Shown here piece by piece: positions 18,706 through 30,296 of a stretch of 64,000 bases of DNA. This DNA comes from Thermoanaerobaculia bacterium (lineage in GTDB: Bacteria > Acidobacteriota > Thermoanaerobaculia > Multivoradales > UBA5704): NCBI GenBank assembly GCA_036503335.1, contig DASXXC010000164.1:7758-71757 (forward strand). Direction: 5' to 3'. Within the stretch, counting starts at the first letter, position 1. Each line of letters starts with the position of its first letter. The notes beneath the pieces were generated by a model. It made no database searches and was not told the DNA's origin. It worked only from the letters and a program-made list of their open reading frames with translations. A program made the translations under genes and the position numbers.

Positions 18706-19806
18706 GTGGAACCTGCGTATAACTTTCCGGAGATCGTGCCCGTGGCCTTTCAGCGGCTCCCCGAGTCGGTGCAGACCCTCTACGCCGAGCTTCTCGACCA
18801 GGTGATCCAGGCCGAGGCGGAGGCGGCGGCCCTGTCGGCTCCTCAAGGGTCGTTCGTCTCCAAGACCATCAAGGGGAAGACCTACTGGTACCTCCAGCGG
18901 ATGGAGGAAGGCCGGAAGAAGCAGCAGTACCTCGGCCGCGAATCCCCCTCCCTGCTGGCCTGGATCGAGGGCGCCCGCGAGGCCCGCGAGCGGCTCGCCG
19001 CCGACGCCGGCCAGCGGGCCCGGCTCTGCAGCATGCTGATCGCGGGAGGCGCGGTGGCCGAGAGCGCGACGGCGGTCCGGGTGCTGTCGCTGATCGCCCA
19101 GGCGGGGGTGTTCCGCATGGGCGGAGTCCTCGTCGGCACTCAGGCGTTCAGCGCCTACGGCAACATGCTCGGTGTCCGCTTCGAGCAGGGGGCCCTGCGG
19201 ACCCAGGACATCGACATCGCCCAGGACCGCTCCATCGGCATCGCCCTCTCCGTCGAGACGGCGCCGTTGAACGTCGAGCGGTCGCTGACGGGCTCCGATC
19301 TCGGCTTCTCGCCCGTCCCGGCGTTCGACAGCCGAAAGCCGAGCACCTCGTTCAAGATCCGGGGGCGGGATCTGCGGGTGGACTTCCTGACCCCTCTCCT
19401 CGGTCCCGACTCCGAGGAGCCCGTCTTCCTGCCCGCCCTCGGGGTGGCCGCTCATCCGCTCCGGTTTCTGGACTACCTGATCGAGAGCCCCGCGCAGGCG
19501 GTGATCGTCGGCCTGGACGGCATCCTGGTCAACGTGCCGGACCCCGCGCGGTTCGCCTTCCACAAGCTCCTGATCTCACAACGGCGGCCGGTCTCCGAGC
19601 AGACCAAGGCCGCGAAGGATTTACGGCAGGCCGGCGCGCTGATCGAGGTCCTTCTCGCGGACCGTCCCGGGGATCTTCCGATCGCCTGGGAAGCGCTGCG
19701 CCATAGCCCCGCCGCGGTGAAGGCCATCCGAGGGGCGATCGGCCGGCTCCCGGAAGAGCTCAGAGGACAGCTCGCGGGGCATCTGGAAGGGGCGGCTCCG
19801 GCATAG
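18706..19806 (+). CDS. GSU2403-family nucleotidyltransferase-fold protein (NTP_transf_8-like)
   Basis: GVLVGTQAFSAYGNMLGV...QDIDIAQD...FKIRGRDLRVDFLTP is as I remember for this family. The start is uncertain: GTG 18706 was chosen because ATG 18643 would overlap the divergent VirJ start codon. Confidence 0.65.
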   Translation: MEPAYNFPEIVPVAFQRLPESVQTLYAELLDQVIQAEAEAAALSAPQGSFVSKTIKGKTYWYLQRMEEGRKKQQYLGRESPSLLAWIEGAREARERLAADAGQRARLCSMLIAGGAVAESATAVRVLSLIAQAGVFRMGGVLVGTQAFSAYGNMLGVRFEQGALRTQDIDIAQDRSIGIALSVETAPLNVERSLTGSDLGFSPVPAFDSRKPSTSFKIRGRDLRVDFLTPLLGPDSEEPVFLPALGVAAHPLRFLDYLIESPAQAVIVGLDGILVNVPDPARFAFHKLLISQRRPVSEQTKAAKDLRQAGALIEVLLADRPGDLPIAWEALRHSPAAVKAIRGAIGRLPEELRGQLAGHLEGAAPA

Positions 19807-19815
19807 GATACCCTT

Positions 19816-22290
19816 ATGCCCAGACGACCCCCGGTCCTCCTTCTCCTCCTCCTCGTGGCGGCCCTGCCGTCGGCCGCCGCCCAGAAACCGCAGGCCTCGC
19901 GCCCCGGCAGGGAATCCCGGGACGTCACCCTGCTGCCCAACGGCTGGCGGATCTCCCCGGCCGGCCGCCACATCACGGTGGGGGACCTCCCCCTCGCCAT
20001 GGCCGAGTCCCCGGACGGCCGCACGCTGGTGATCAGCAACGACGGGTACTCCAAGCCGACCCTCACCCTGGTCGACCTGAAGACCCTGAACGTGGCGCAG
20101 AAGGTCGAGGTGGCGAACACCTGGCTGGGGATCGCCTGGCACCCGGACGGCAAGCGGCTCTATCTCTCCGGCGGCGGCGCCAATTCGGTCGAGGAATTCC
20201 AGCTCACGGACGGGGTCCTCAAGGCCGGGAAGTCGTTCAAGCTGGAGAAGCCGGCCTTCTCCAGCTTCGTGAGCGGGCTCGCCATTTCACCCGACGGCTC
20301 CCGCCTCTTCGCCGTGCACGCTCTGGGAGAGCTCCTCTCGGAGGTGGACCTCAAGGCGGGGCAGGTGGTCCACAAGGTCCAGCTCCCCGCCGAGGGGTAT
20401 ACGGCCCTTCTCACGCCGGATGGCAAGACCCTGCTCGTCTCCCTCTGGGGGGGCGCCAAGGTCCTCCTCTTCGACGCCGCCACGCTCGCCGTCCAGGGGG
20501 AGATCGCGGTGGGGGAGCACCCCAACGCCATGGCGCTCTCCAAGGACGGCGGCCGCCTCTTCGTGGCCTGTGCCAATACGAATGAGGTGTGGGTGGCCGA
20601 CCTGGCCTCGCGGACGGCGAAAGAGCGCATCTCGATCGCCCTCGATCCGGCCGCGCCGCCGGGCAGCACGCCCAACGGCCTGGGGCTCTCCCCGGACGGC
20701 CGCACCCTGCTGGTGGCGAACGCGGACAACAACACGGTGGCCGTAGTGGACGTCTCGCGCCCCGGCGCCAGCGCCGTGCGGGGCTTCATCCCCGCCGGCT
20801 GGTATCCCACGGCGGCCCGCTTCAGCAACGACGGCCGGCGGATCTTCATCCTCAGCGGCCGGGGGCTCACCTCCCAGGCCAACCCGCGGGGGCCTCAGCC
20901 GGGCTCTCCCGCCGCGCCGGGCCAGTACATCGGCGAGCTCCTCCACGGCGCGCTCTCCGTCCTCCCGGTGCCGGACGACAAGGCCCTCGCCGCCTACACC
21001 CGGACGGTCTACAGGCTGACTCCCTACACCGCGGCCGGCCGCCTCGCGCCCGCCGGAGCGCCCAAGGGGTCGCCCATCCCGGCCCGCGTCCGCGGCACCT
21101 CGCCGATCAAGCACGTCTTCTACGTCATCCGGGAGAACCGCACCTACGATCAGATCCTGGGCGACATGAAAGAGGGGAACGGCGATCCCAACCTCTGCCT
21201 GTTCGGCGAGGAGGTGACGCCCAACGCCCACGCCCTCGCCCGCGACTTCGTCCTCTTCGACAATTTCTACGTCAACGCCGAGGTGAGCTACAGCGGGCAC
21301 GCCTACTCGACCGGAGCCTACGCCACCGACTTCGTGCAGAAGGTCTGGCCGATGTACTACGGGGACCGGGGCGGCGACTACCTGAGCGAGGGCGGGGGAC
21401 CGAACCGCAACCCGTACGGCAACATCGCGGCCCCGCGGGACGGCTATCTCTGGGACTCCTGCAACCGGGCCGGCGTCAGTGTCCGGAGCTACGGCGAGTT
21501 CGTGGAGAAGGACAAGGAGAACCAGGACAAGACCGCGCCCACCGTGCCCGGGCTCGTGGGGAAGATCAATCCGGACTATCCCGGGTGGGACCTCTCCATC
21601 CCGGACAACCGCCGGGTGGACGTCTGGCTGCAGGAATTCCACCGGTACGAGGCGAACGGCGGGCTGCCCCGGCTCTCCATCATCCGCCTGGGGGGCGACC
21701 ACACCCAGGGCACCCGTGCCGGCGCGCCGACACCGCGGGCGATGATCGCCGAGAACGACCTCGCCTTGGGAAGGGTGGTCGAGGCGATCTCCAAGAGCCG
21801 CTTCTGGACGCAGTCGGCCATCTTCGTGGTCGAGGACGACGCCCAGAACGGCCCCGACCACGTGGACGCCCACCGCTCGGTCGCCCTGGTGGCGAGCCCC
21901 TGGGCCCGCCGCAAGGCCGTGGACAGCACCCTGTACACCACCGCCGGCCTGCTGCGGACCATGGAGCTGATCCTGGGCCTGCCGCCCATGAGCCAGTACG
22001 ACGCCGCGGCGGCCCCGATGTACCGAGCCTTCCAGCCGACGCCGGACCTCGCCCCCTTCATCCATCGCGAGCCGCGCGTCCCCATCGACGAGAGGAACAC
22101 TCCGCTGGCCTGGGGCGCCGCCGCCTCCCAGACGATGGAGCTGGGGGAAGCCGACCTCGCTCCCGAGCTGGAGCTCAACGAGATCCTCTGGAAGTCGGTC
22201 CGGGGCGCCGACTCGCCCATGCCGCCCCCGGTTCATGCGGCGTTCGTGCGGTCAGTGGCGGAGAGGCAGGACGACGATGACGACGATTGA
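19816..22290 (+). CDS. Bifunctional YncE-like beta-propeller / phosphoesterase-family (PlcC/AcpA-like) protein, secreted
   Basis: It has a signal peptide, repeated SPDG(R/K)xL propeller blades, then FYVIRENRTYDQILGD...GDHTQG...VVEDDAQNGPDHVDAHRS, which is typical of the phosphoesterase family. Confidence 0.85.
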   Translation: MPRRPPVLLLLLLVAALPSAAAQKPQASRPGRESRDVTLLPNGWRISPAGRHITVGDLPLAMAESPDGRTLVISNDGYSKPTLTLVDLKTLNVAQKVEVANTWLGIAWHPDGKRLYLSGGGANSVEEFQLTDGVLKAGKSFKLEKPAFSSFVSGLAISPDGSRLFAVHALGELLSEVDLKAGQVVHKVQLPAEGYTALLTPDGKTLLVSLWGGAKVLLFDAATLAVQGEIAVGEHPNAMALSKDGGRLFVACANTNEVWVADLASRTAKERISIALDPAAPPGSTPNGLGLSPDGRTLLVANADNNTVAVVDVSRPGASAVRGFIPAGWYPTAARFSNDGRRIFILSGRGLTSQANPRGPQPGSPAAPGQYIGELLHGALSVLPVPDDKALAAYTRTVYRLTPYTAAGRLAPAGAPKGSPIPARVRGTSPIKHVFYVIRENRTYDQILGDMKEGNGDPNLCLFGEEVTPNAHALARDFVLFDNFYVNAEVSYSGHAYSTGAYATDFVQKVWPMYYGDRGGDYLSEGGGPNRNPYGNIAAPRDGYLWDSCNRAGVSVRSYGEFVEKDKENQDKTAPTVPGLVGKINPDYPGWDLSIPDNRRVDVWLQEFHRYEANGGLPRLSIIRLGGDHTQGTRAGAPTPRAMIAENDLALGRVVEAISKSRFWTQSAIFVVEDDAQNGPDHVDAHRSVALVASPWARRKAVDSTLYTTAGLLRTMELILGLPPMSQYDAAAAPMYRAFQPTPDLAPFIHREPRVPIDERNTPLAWGAAASQTMELGEADLAPELELNEILWKSVRGADSPMPPPVHAAFVRSVAERQDDDDDD

Positions 22291-22413
22291 GCCTCCCCCC
22301 GCGGGTTGGCAGGAATCCTGCTATTTGGGGTGGCGTCGATAGGGGTAGCTCTGTCTACACTGATCCCGGCGCGATGCCCGGAAGATCCGGGCCGCGCGAC
22401 TGGAGGAAACGAG

Positions 22414-25215
<2,802 letters not shown>

Positions 25216-25256
25216 CGGCCCGCTCTTTGCACAGAGGCCCGAAAGGAGGTACCGCG

Positions 25257-25634
25257 ATGGACGACTCCGAACGGAGCTATGGATACAGCGAGGACATCTA
25301 CCACGGTCAGCACGACCGCAAGGATGAGAAGAGCTACGAGTACGGCCCGGAAAACCCCGAGGAGACGGTAGGGCCGGAGCTGAGCCCCGAGGAGCAGGCG
25401 ATCCACATCGAAGGCTCCCACAAGGGCGAGGAGCCCACCGGCTCGGCCGCCGAGCCCGGGGTCTACGACTACGGCCGCGAAGGGGAGTACGGCTCCGCCG
25501 ACTCCTACACCTGGGACATCCCCGGCACCGACGTCGAGCGGGAGCGCGAGGCCTCCAAGACCAAGGTGCGGGTGGACGAGCAGGAGGAGCGCCTGGCCGA
25601 GGAGCGTTTGGAGCCGGCGAAGCGGCAGCCGTAG
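25257..25634 (+). CDS. Small acidic hypothetical protein (125 aa)
   Basis: ATG 25257 lies 7 nt after AAAGGAGG. The protein is Glu/Asp/Tyr/Gly-rich with no recognisable domain. It is the only believable part of the long ORF 22287-25634. Confidence 0.5.
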   Translation: MDDSERSYGYSEDIYHGQHDRKDEKSYEYGPENPEETVGPELSPEEQAIHIEGSHKGEEPTGSAAEPGVYDYGREGEYGSADSYTWDIPGTDVEREREASKTKVRVDEQEERLAEERLEPAKRQP

Positions 25635-25637
25635 GGA

Positions 25638-25780
25638 CCGCCCGGGCATCAATGCCCAGGCTACGCCTCAACCGAAAAGCCGGCTGAAGCCGGCTCCGAA
25701 AAGGGGAAATTGACTTCGGAGCCGGCTTCAGCCGGCTTTTCGTCTCCAATGTAGCCCGGGGATTGATCCCCGGGCGGACC
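25638..25780. repeat. Nested-palindrome intergenic element, copy 1 (~145 bp, MITE/REP-like)
   Basis: Outer arms CGCCCGGGCATCAATGCCCAGGCTAC / GTAGCCCGGGGATTGATCCCCGGGCGG. Inner arms CGAAAAGCCGGCTGAAGCCGGCT / AGCCGGCTTCAGCCGGCTTTTCG. It starts 4 nt after the stop at 25634. Confidence 0.8.
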
Positions 25781-25823
25781 GGACGCGCTCGTACGTCATA
25801 TCTCCCGCCTGTACAATCCACGC

Positions 25824-27626
25824 GTGTCCAGAATCCACCTCCTCCCCGACCCCCTCGTCTCCCAGATCGCCGCCGGCGAGGTGGTGGAGCGTCCATCCTC
25901 CGTGGTCAAGGAGCTGGTCGAGAACTCCCTCGACGCGGGGGCGGGGCTGATCGAGATCCAGCTCGAGGGGGGCGGCAAGGCGCGCATCGCCATCGGCGAC
26001 GACGGCTCCGGCATGGGGCGCGACGACGCCCTCCTCGCCTTCGACCGCCACGCCACCAGCAAGATCGCCAGCTTCGACGACCTGGAGCGCGTCGCCACCC
26101 TCGGCTTCCGGGGGGAGGCGCTCGCCTCGATCGCCGCCGTGGCGCGGGTCGAGATGACCACCGCCGAGCGGCCCGGCGAGGGGCACCGGGTGGTGATCGA
26201 GGGGGGGAAGGTGCGGGTGGCCGAGCCGTTCGCCCGGCCGCGTGGCACCACGATCGACGTCCGCTCGCTCTTCTTCAACGTGCCGGCCCGGCGCAAGTTC
26301 CTCAAGGCCCCCCAGACCGAGCTCCGCCGCTGTGTCGAGGTGGTGCAGGGGTATGCCCTGGCGCGGCCGGACGTCCGCTTCCAGGTCTTCCACGAAGGCC
26401 GGGAGCTGCTGGACGCCCTGCCGGCCCCGGGCACGGCGGCCGGCTCGCGCGAGCGCATCGGCCAGATCTTCGGCCCGGAGCTGGCCCGCGAGCTGGCGGA
26501 GATCCCCGAGAGCGGGGGAGGGGAAGAGGCCATCCGCGGCTTCGTGGGCACCCCCGCCACCGCGCGCGGCCGGCGCCACTTCATCTACGTGAACCGCCGC
26601 CTGATCCGCGACCGCGCCGTGCTCGCCAACTTCTACCGCGCCGTGCGCGACGAGTGGAGGAGCGAGGACTTTCCGGCCCTTTTCCTCTTCCTCGACATCG
26701 CCCCCGAGGACGTCGACGTCAACGTCCACCCCCAGAAGGCCGAGGTCCGCTTCCGCGAGCCCGCCCTGCTGGACCGCATCTACGACGCCCTCCGCCGCAC
26801 CCTGGAGCGCGCCCGGGGCGAGGAGGCCGCGCCGCTGAGGCCGCCCGCCGCCGAGCCGTACGTCCCCTTCGCCTGGCAGGGGCTGGGGGAGAGGAAGAGC
26901 GCATCGTCCTGGGACCGGCCCCGCGAATCTCCCGCGGTGCCCGCCCTCGTGGAGCTGCCGGTGACTCCCACCCGGCTGGCGACGCCGTCCTACGTCCCCG
27001 TCGAGAGGCCGATCGTGCCGCTCTCCGGCCGTAGCGGCGAGGCCCGTCCCTTCCGTCTGCTGGGCCAGTACAAGGGGACGCTGATCCTGCTCGAAGGGCC
27101 GGACGGCCTCTACGTGATCGATCAGCACGTGGCGCACGAGCGCATCCTCTTCGAGCGCCTGCGCCGGGCCATGGCCGCCGAGCGCCCTCCGGTGCAGCAC
27201 CTCCTCTCGCCGGTCCTCCTCGACCTCTCTCCGGCCGAGCGGCTGCGGATCAACGAGCTCGCCTCCGGCCTCGAAGAGCACGGCTTCGCCATCGCGGTCC
27301 TCTCGGGAGGCACCCTCGCCCTCACCTCGGTCCCGGCGGTCCTCTCCGCCGATGAAGCCGAGAGACTGCTGCGCAGCCTGGCCGCGGACTCCGGGGACGG
27401 CACCGCGGGAGCGGACGACCTCTCGCGGGAGATCCTGGAGAACCTCGCCGCCAGCATGGCCTGCAAGGCGGCGGTGAAGATGCACCACCCCCTCTCCGCC
27501 CCCGAGATGGAGGCCCTGGTCGCCGAGCTCTTCACCGCCGAGCAGCCCTACGCCTGCCCCCACGGCCGGCCGATCGTCCTCCAGATGACCGACTCGGATC
27601 TGGAGCGGCGGTTCGGACGGCGATAG
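25824..27626 (+). CDS. mutL: DNA mismatch repair protein MutL
   Basis: GTG start. IHLLPDPLVSQIAAGEVVERPSSVVKELVENSLDAGA and a C-terminal dimerisation domain ending QPYACPHGRP. Confidence 0.95.
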   Translation: MSRIHLLPDPLVSQIAAGEVVERPSSVVKELVENSLDAGAGLIEIQLEGGGKARIAIGDDGSGMGRDDALLAFDRHATSKIASFDDLERVATLGFRGEALASIAAVARVEMTTAERPGEGHRVVIEGGKVRVAEPFARPRGTTIDVRSLFFNVPARRKFLKAPQTELRRCVEVVQGYALARPDVRFQVFHEGRELLDALPAPGTAAGSRERIGQIFGPELARELAEIPESGGGEEAIRGFVGTPATARGRRHFIYVNRRLIRDRAVLANFYRAVRDEWRSEDFPALFLFLDIAPEDVDVNVHPQKAEVRFREPALLDRIYDALRRTLERARGEEAAPLRPPAAEPYVPFAWQGLGERKSASSWDRPRESPAVPALVELPVTPTRLATPSYVPVERPIVPLSGRSGEARPFRLLGQYKGTLILLEGPDGLYVIDQHVAHERILFERLRRAMAAERPPVQHLLSPVLLDLSPAERLRINELASGLEEHGFAIAVLSGGTLALTSVPAVLSADEAERLLRSLAADSGDGTAGADDLSREILENLAASMACKAAVKMHHPLSAPEMEALVAELFTAEQPYACPHGRPIVLQMTDSDLERRFGRR

Positions 27627-27646
27627 CGGGCTGCTAATATCCCGTT

Positions 27647-28363
27647 ATGGCATTCGGCCGCCGCGACACCACACCTCTCGAAAAACGCCTGAGCCATCGG
27701 TTCAAACGACTCGATCTGCTGCAGCTCTCGCTGACCCACCGCTCCTGGGCCAACGAGCAGGGGATTCCGGAGCACTACGAGCGACTGGAGTTCCTGGGCG
27801 ACGCCGTCCTCGGGGTGGTGACCGCCGAGTGGCTCTACGCCAACCATCCCGAGCTCCCAGAGGGGGAGCTGTCCAAGCACAAGGCGCAGCTCGTCAGCCG
27901 CGACACCCTGGCCAAGCACGCCCTGGAGCTCGACCTCGGATCGTCCCTGCGCATCGGGGTGGGGGAGGACCGCTCGGGGGGACGCGCCAAATCCTCCCTG
28001 CTCGCCGACTCCATGGAGGCGGTCTTCGGCGCCCTCTATCTCGACGGCGGGCTGGAGGTGGCGCGAAAGGCGATCCTCCCCATGCTGGAGAGCGCCTTCG
28101 AGGAGCGCACCCGGCAGGTGGTAACCGACGCCAAGACTCAGCTCCAGGAGGTCTCCCAGGCGCTCGGCTGGGACCTCCCCGACTATCGCGTCACCGACTC
28201 CATCGGCCCGGACCACAACAAGACCTTCGTCGTCGAATGCTGGCTGGCGGGAAAGCTCTGGGGCCGGGGCGAGGGACCCAGCAAGAAGATCGCCGAGCAG
28301 CGGTCCGCCGCGGACGCGCTGGTGAAGATCCCGGAAAGCCAGGAGAGTCAGGAACCGGAGTAG
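27647..28363 (+). CDS. rnc: Ribonuclease III
   Basis: ERLEFLGDAVLG signature plus a C-terminal dsRBD (GPDHNKTFVVE...GEGPSKKIAEQRSA). Confidence 0.95.
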   Translation: MAFGRRDTTPLEKRLSHRFKRLDLLQLSLTHRSWANEQGIPEHYERLEFLGDAVLGVVTAEWLYANHPELPEGELSKHKAQLVSRDTLAKHALELDLGSSLRIGVGEDRSGGRAKSSLLADSMEAVFGALYLDGGLEVARKAILPMLESAFEERTRQVVTDAKTQLQEVSQALGWDLPDYRVTDSIGPDHNKTFVVECWLAGKLWGRGEGPSKKIAEQRSAADALVKIPESQESQEPE

Positions 28364-28404
28364 GGGCGGCCCTGGGTGGCCGCCCTGGGGTGGCGGGCTG
28401 GCCC

Positions 28405-28550
28405 GCCCCTGCCCGGGCATGAATGCCCGGGCTACGTTGGAAACGAAAAGCCGGCTGAAGCCGACTCCGAAGACAGCGCCGCTCGTTCAGGAGCCGGGTT
28501 CACCCGGCTTTTTGGTTGAAGCGTAGCCCGGGCATTCATGCCCGGGCGGG
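28405..28550. repeat. Nested-palindrome intergenic element, copy 2
   Basis: CTGCCCGGGCATGAATGCCCGGGCTAC ... CGAAAAGCCGGCTGAAGCCGACT ... AGCCGGGTTCACCCGGCTTTTTG ... GTAGCCCGGGCATTCATGCCCGGGCGG. It lies between rnc and the AI-2E transporter gene. Confidence 0.8.
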
Positions 28551-28608
28551 GGGCCGAGCCATCTGGCGATCTTTCCCCCGGCACCCTCCTTGCTTGAGAC
28601 CCCCCGGC

Positions 28609-29826
28609 ATGGAAACCCGCGCCGCGAGCCCGGCCGCTCCCCGTACGCCCAGCCCCGCACCTTTTCCAGCGCCCAGGCCCCCCCGCCAGCCCGGATGGCG
28701 GAGCCTGGACATCCTCCGGGCCGCGGCGCTGGTGATCGGGCTCGTTCTCCTCCTGCTCCTTCTCTGGGTGGCTCACGACCTGATCTTCATCACCTTCCTG
28801 GGCGTCCTCTTCGGGCTCGCCGTGGCGCGCGGGGCCGACTTCCTGGAGCGTTACCGGATCCCCCGGGGCGTGGGCGCGGTCCTCATCGTGGCCGCCTTCC
28901 TGGGGGTGATCGTGGGTCTGGGAGCCTGGGCGGCCCCGACCCTGCGGGCCCAGTCGAGCGAGCTCCAGGCGCAACTCCCCCAGGCCCTGAACCGGCTGGA
29001 AGGATGGATCGACAGCCACCGGGACGGCGTCGTCGGACAGCTCATGCCGCCCCCCGCGCCGGCGGCTCCCGCCCAGCCGCCCGCGGAGTCGCCTCAGGCG
29101 TCGCACGGTCTCTCCGGGAGCCTGCAGGGGCAACTTGGCGCCGTGGGCCGCTATCTCTTCTCCTTCCTATCCTCGACCGTCGCCGTGGTGGGAGGGCTGC
29201 TGCTGATCCTCTTCACCGCGATCTACATCGGCGCCGAGCCGGACCTCTACCACAAGGGGCTGCTGCACCTCTTCCCGCACGAGGCGCGCTCCCGGGCGGA
29301 CGAGGTCCTCGACGCCATCGGCTTCACCCTGCGCCGCTGGCTGGTGGCGCAGCTCATCATGATGGCGTCGATCGGCGTGGCCACCGCCGTGGGCTTGAGC
29401 CTGCTCGGCGTCAAGGCGGCGCTGGCGCTGGGCCTGATCGCCGGCCTCCTGGAATTCATCCCCATGCTGGGGCCGATCCTCAGCGCCGTCCCCGGCATCG
29501 CGATGGCCTTCCTCGACTCGCCCCAGAAGGCCCTCTTCGTGGCCCTGGTCTACTGGGGGGTCCAGTTCCTGGAAGGGCACATCCTGCAGCCGCTGCTGAT
29601 GAAGCGCGGGGTCGACCTGCCGCCGGTGGTGACCCTGGTGGGCCTCTCGCTGATGGCGATCGTCTTCGGCTTTCTGGGCATGCTGGTCGCCGTCCCCGTC
29701 CTCGCCGCCGTCATGGTGGCGATCAAGATGCTCTACGTCGAGGACGTGGTGGGGGACGACATCGAGGTCATGAACAGCCCCGACACCCCCGTCCCGCCGG
29801 GCAAGCCGGCCCATCCGGCGGCGTAG
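28609..29826 (+). CDS. AI-2E family transporter (PerM/UPF0118)
   Basis: Start re-placed at ATG 28609, because the track start 28516 lies inside the repeat element. It is multi-TM with LLEFIPMLGPILSAVP, which is typical of AI-2E. Confidence 0.85.
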   Translation: METRAASPAAPRTPSPAPFPAPRPPRQPGWRSLDILRAAALVIGLVLLLLLLWVAHDLIFITFLGVLFGLAVARGADFLERYRIPRGVGAVLIVAAFLGVIVGLGAWAAPTLRAQSSELQAQLPQALNRLEGWIDSHRDGVVGQLMPPPAPAAPAQPPAESPQASHGLSGSLQGQLGAVGRYLFSFLSSTVAVVGGLLLILFTAIYIGAEPDLYHKGLLHLFPHEARSRADEVLDAIGFTLRRWLVAQLIMMASIGVATAVGLSLLGVKAALALGLIAGLLEFIPMLGPILSAVPGIAMAFLDSPQKALFVALVYWGVQFLEGHILQPLLMKRGVDLPPVVTLVGLSLMAIVFGFLGMLVAVPVLAAVMVAIKMLYVEDVVGDDIEVMNSPDTPVPPGKPAHPAA

Positions 29827-29843
29827 CCCGAAGCTCGCGCGCG

Positions 29844-30010
29844 GAAGCCTGAGATTCCGTTCTGGAAGCGTCAGGTTCCATTCTGGAAGCCTCAGAAACC
29901 AACCTGAAAGCCTGAGAAACCGTCTTCGGAGCCGCCGTTCGCGGCTGGAAGCTCGCGGTTCCATCTCCAAAGCCTCAGATTCGGCTCCGGAAGCCTGAGA
30001 TTCCGTCCTC
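29844..30010. repeat. Tandem array of eight ~21-bp units (consensus about GAAGCCTGAGATTCCGTTCTG)
   Basis: Units begin at 29844, 29865, 29886, 29907, 29929, 29948, 29969 and 29990. The first and last units are near-identical, and units 4 and 5 are 22 and 19 nt. No frame stays open through the array. Confidence 0.75.
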
Positions 30011-30178
30011 ACTCGGCGGCTTGACGGGTTGGATGAGCCTGCTTTCGTTTCGTAGCTCCCAGCTTCGGGTCTGTATCTACAAGATTTCGTCTCGTCCCTG
30101 GAGCTTTCGATCCGGAATGCAATGGATTGTTCTTTGAAAGAGATCATTTCTCTCGTGGAAGTTCTCGAAAAATAGGGA

Positions 30179-30206
30179 TTGACCCTGGCTCGCGAACGGC
30201 TACTAT
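30179..30206 (+). promoter_or_regulatory. Sigma70-type promoter candidate for the 30297 gene
   Basis: TTGACC (30179-30184), a 16-nt spacer, then TACTAT (30201-30206), in a stretch of about 35% GC. Confidence 0.35.
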
Positions 30207-30296
30207 TAGGAAACCTTGATGCGCACAAGGCCAAAGAAGGGAGCTGTAAGGGACGTTGAGCTTAACCAAACAAGAGTCAGGACAAGGAGAGAACGT

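Noticed and set aside
20287-22280. ORFs 20287-22236 (minus) and 20589-22280 (plus)
   Set aside because: They are alternative frames of the YncE/phosphoesterase fusion gene. Only the 19816-22290 frame carries recognisable motifs.
28516-28608. Track start (TTG 28516) of the AI-2E transporter ORF
   Set aside because: It lies inside the nested-palindrome repeat and encodes Arg/Pro-rich nonsense. ATG 28609 gives a sensible N-terminus.
29844-30010. A CRISPR array, considered here and also for 62626-63087
   Set aside because: The units are contiguous with no spacers, are only 21 bp long and degenerate, and no cas genes are present in the window.
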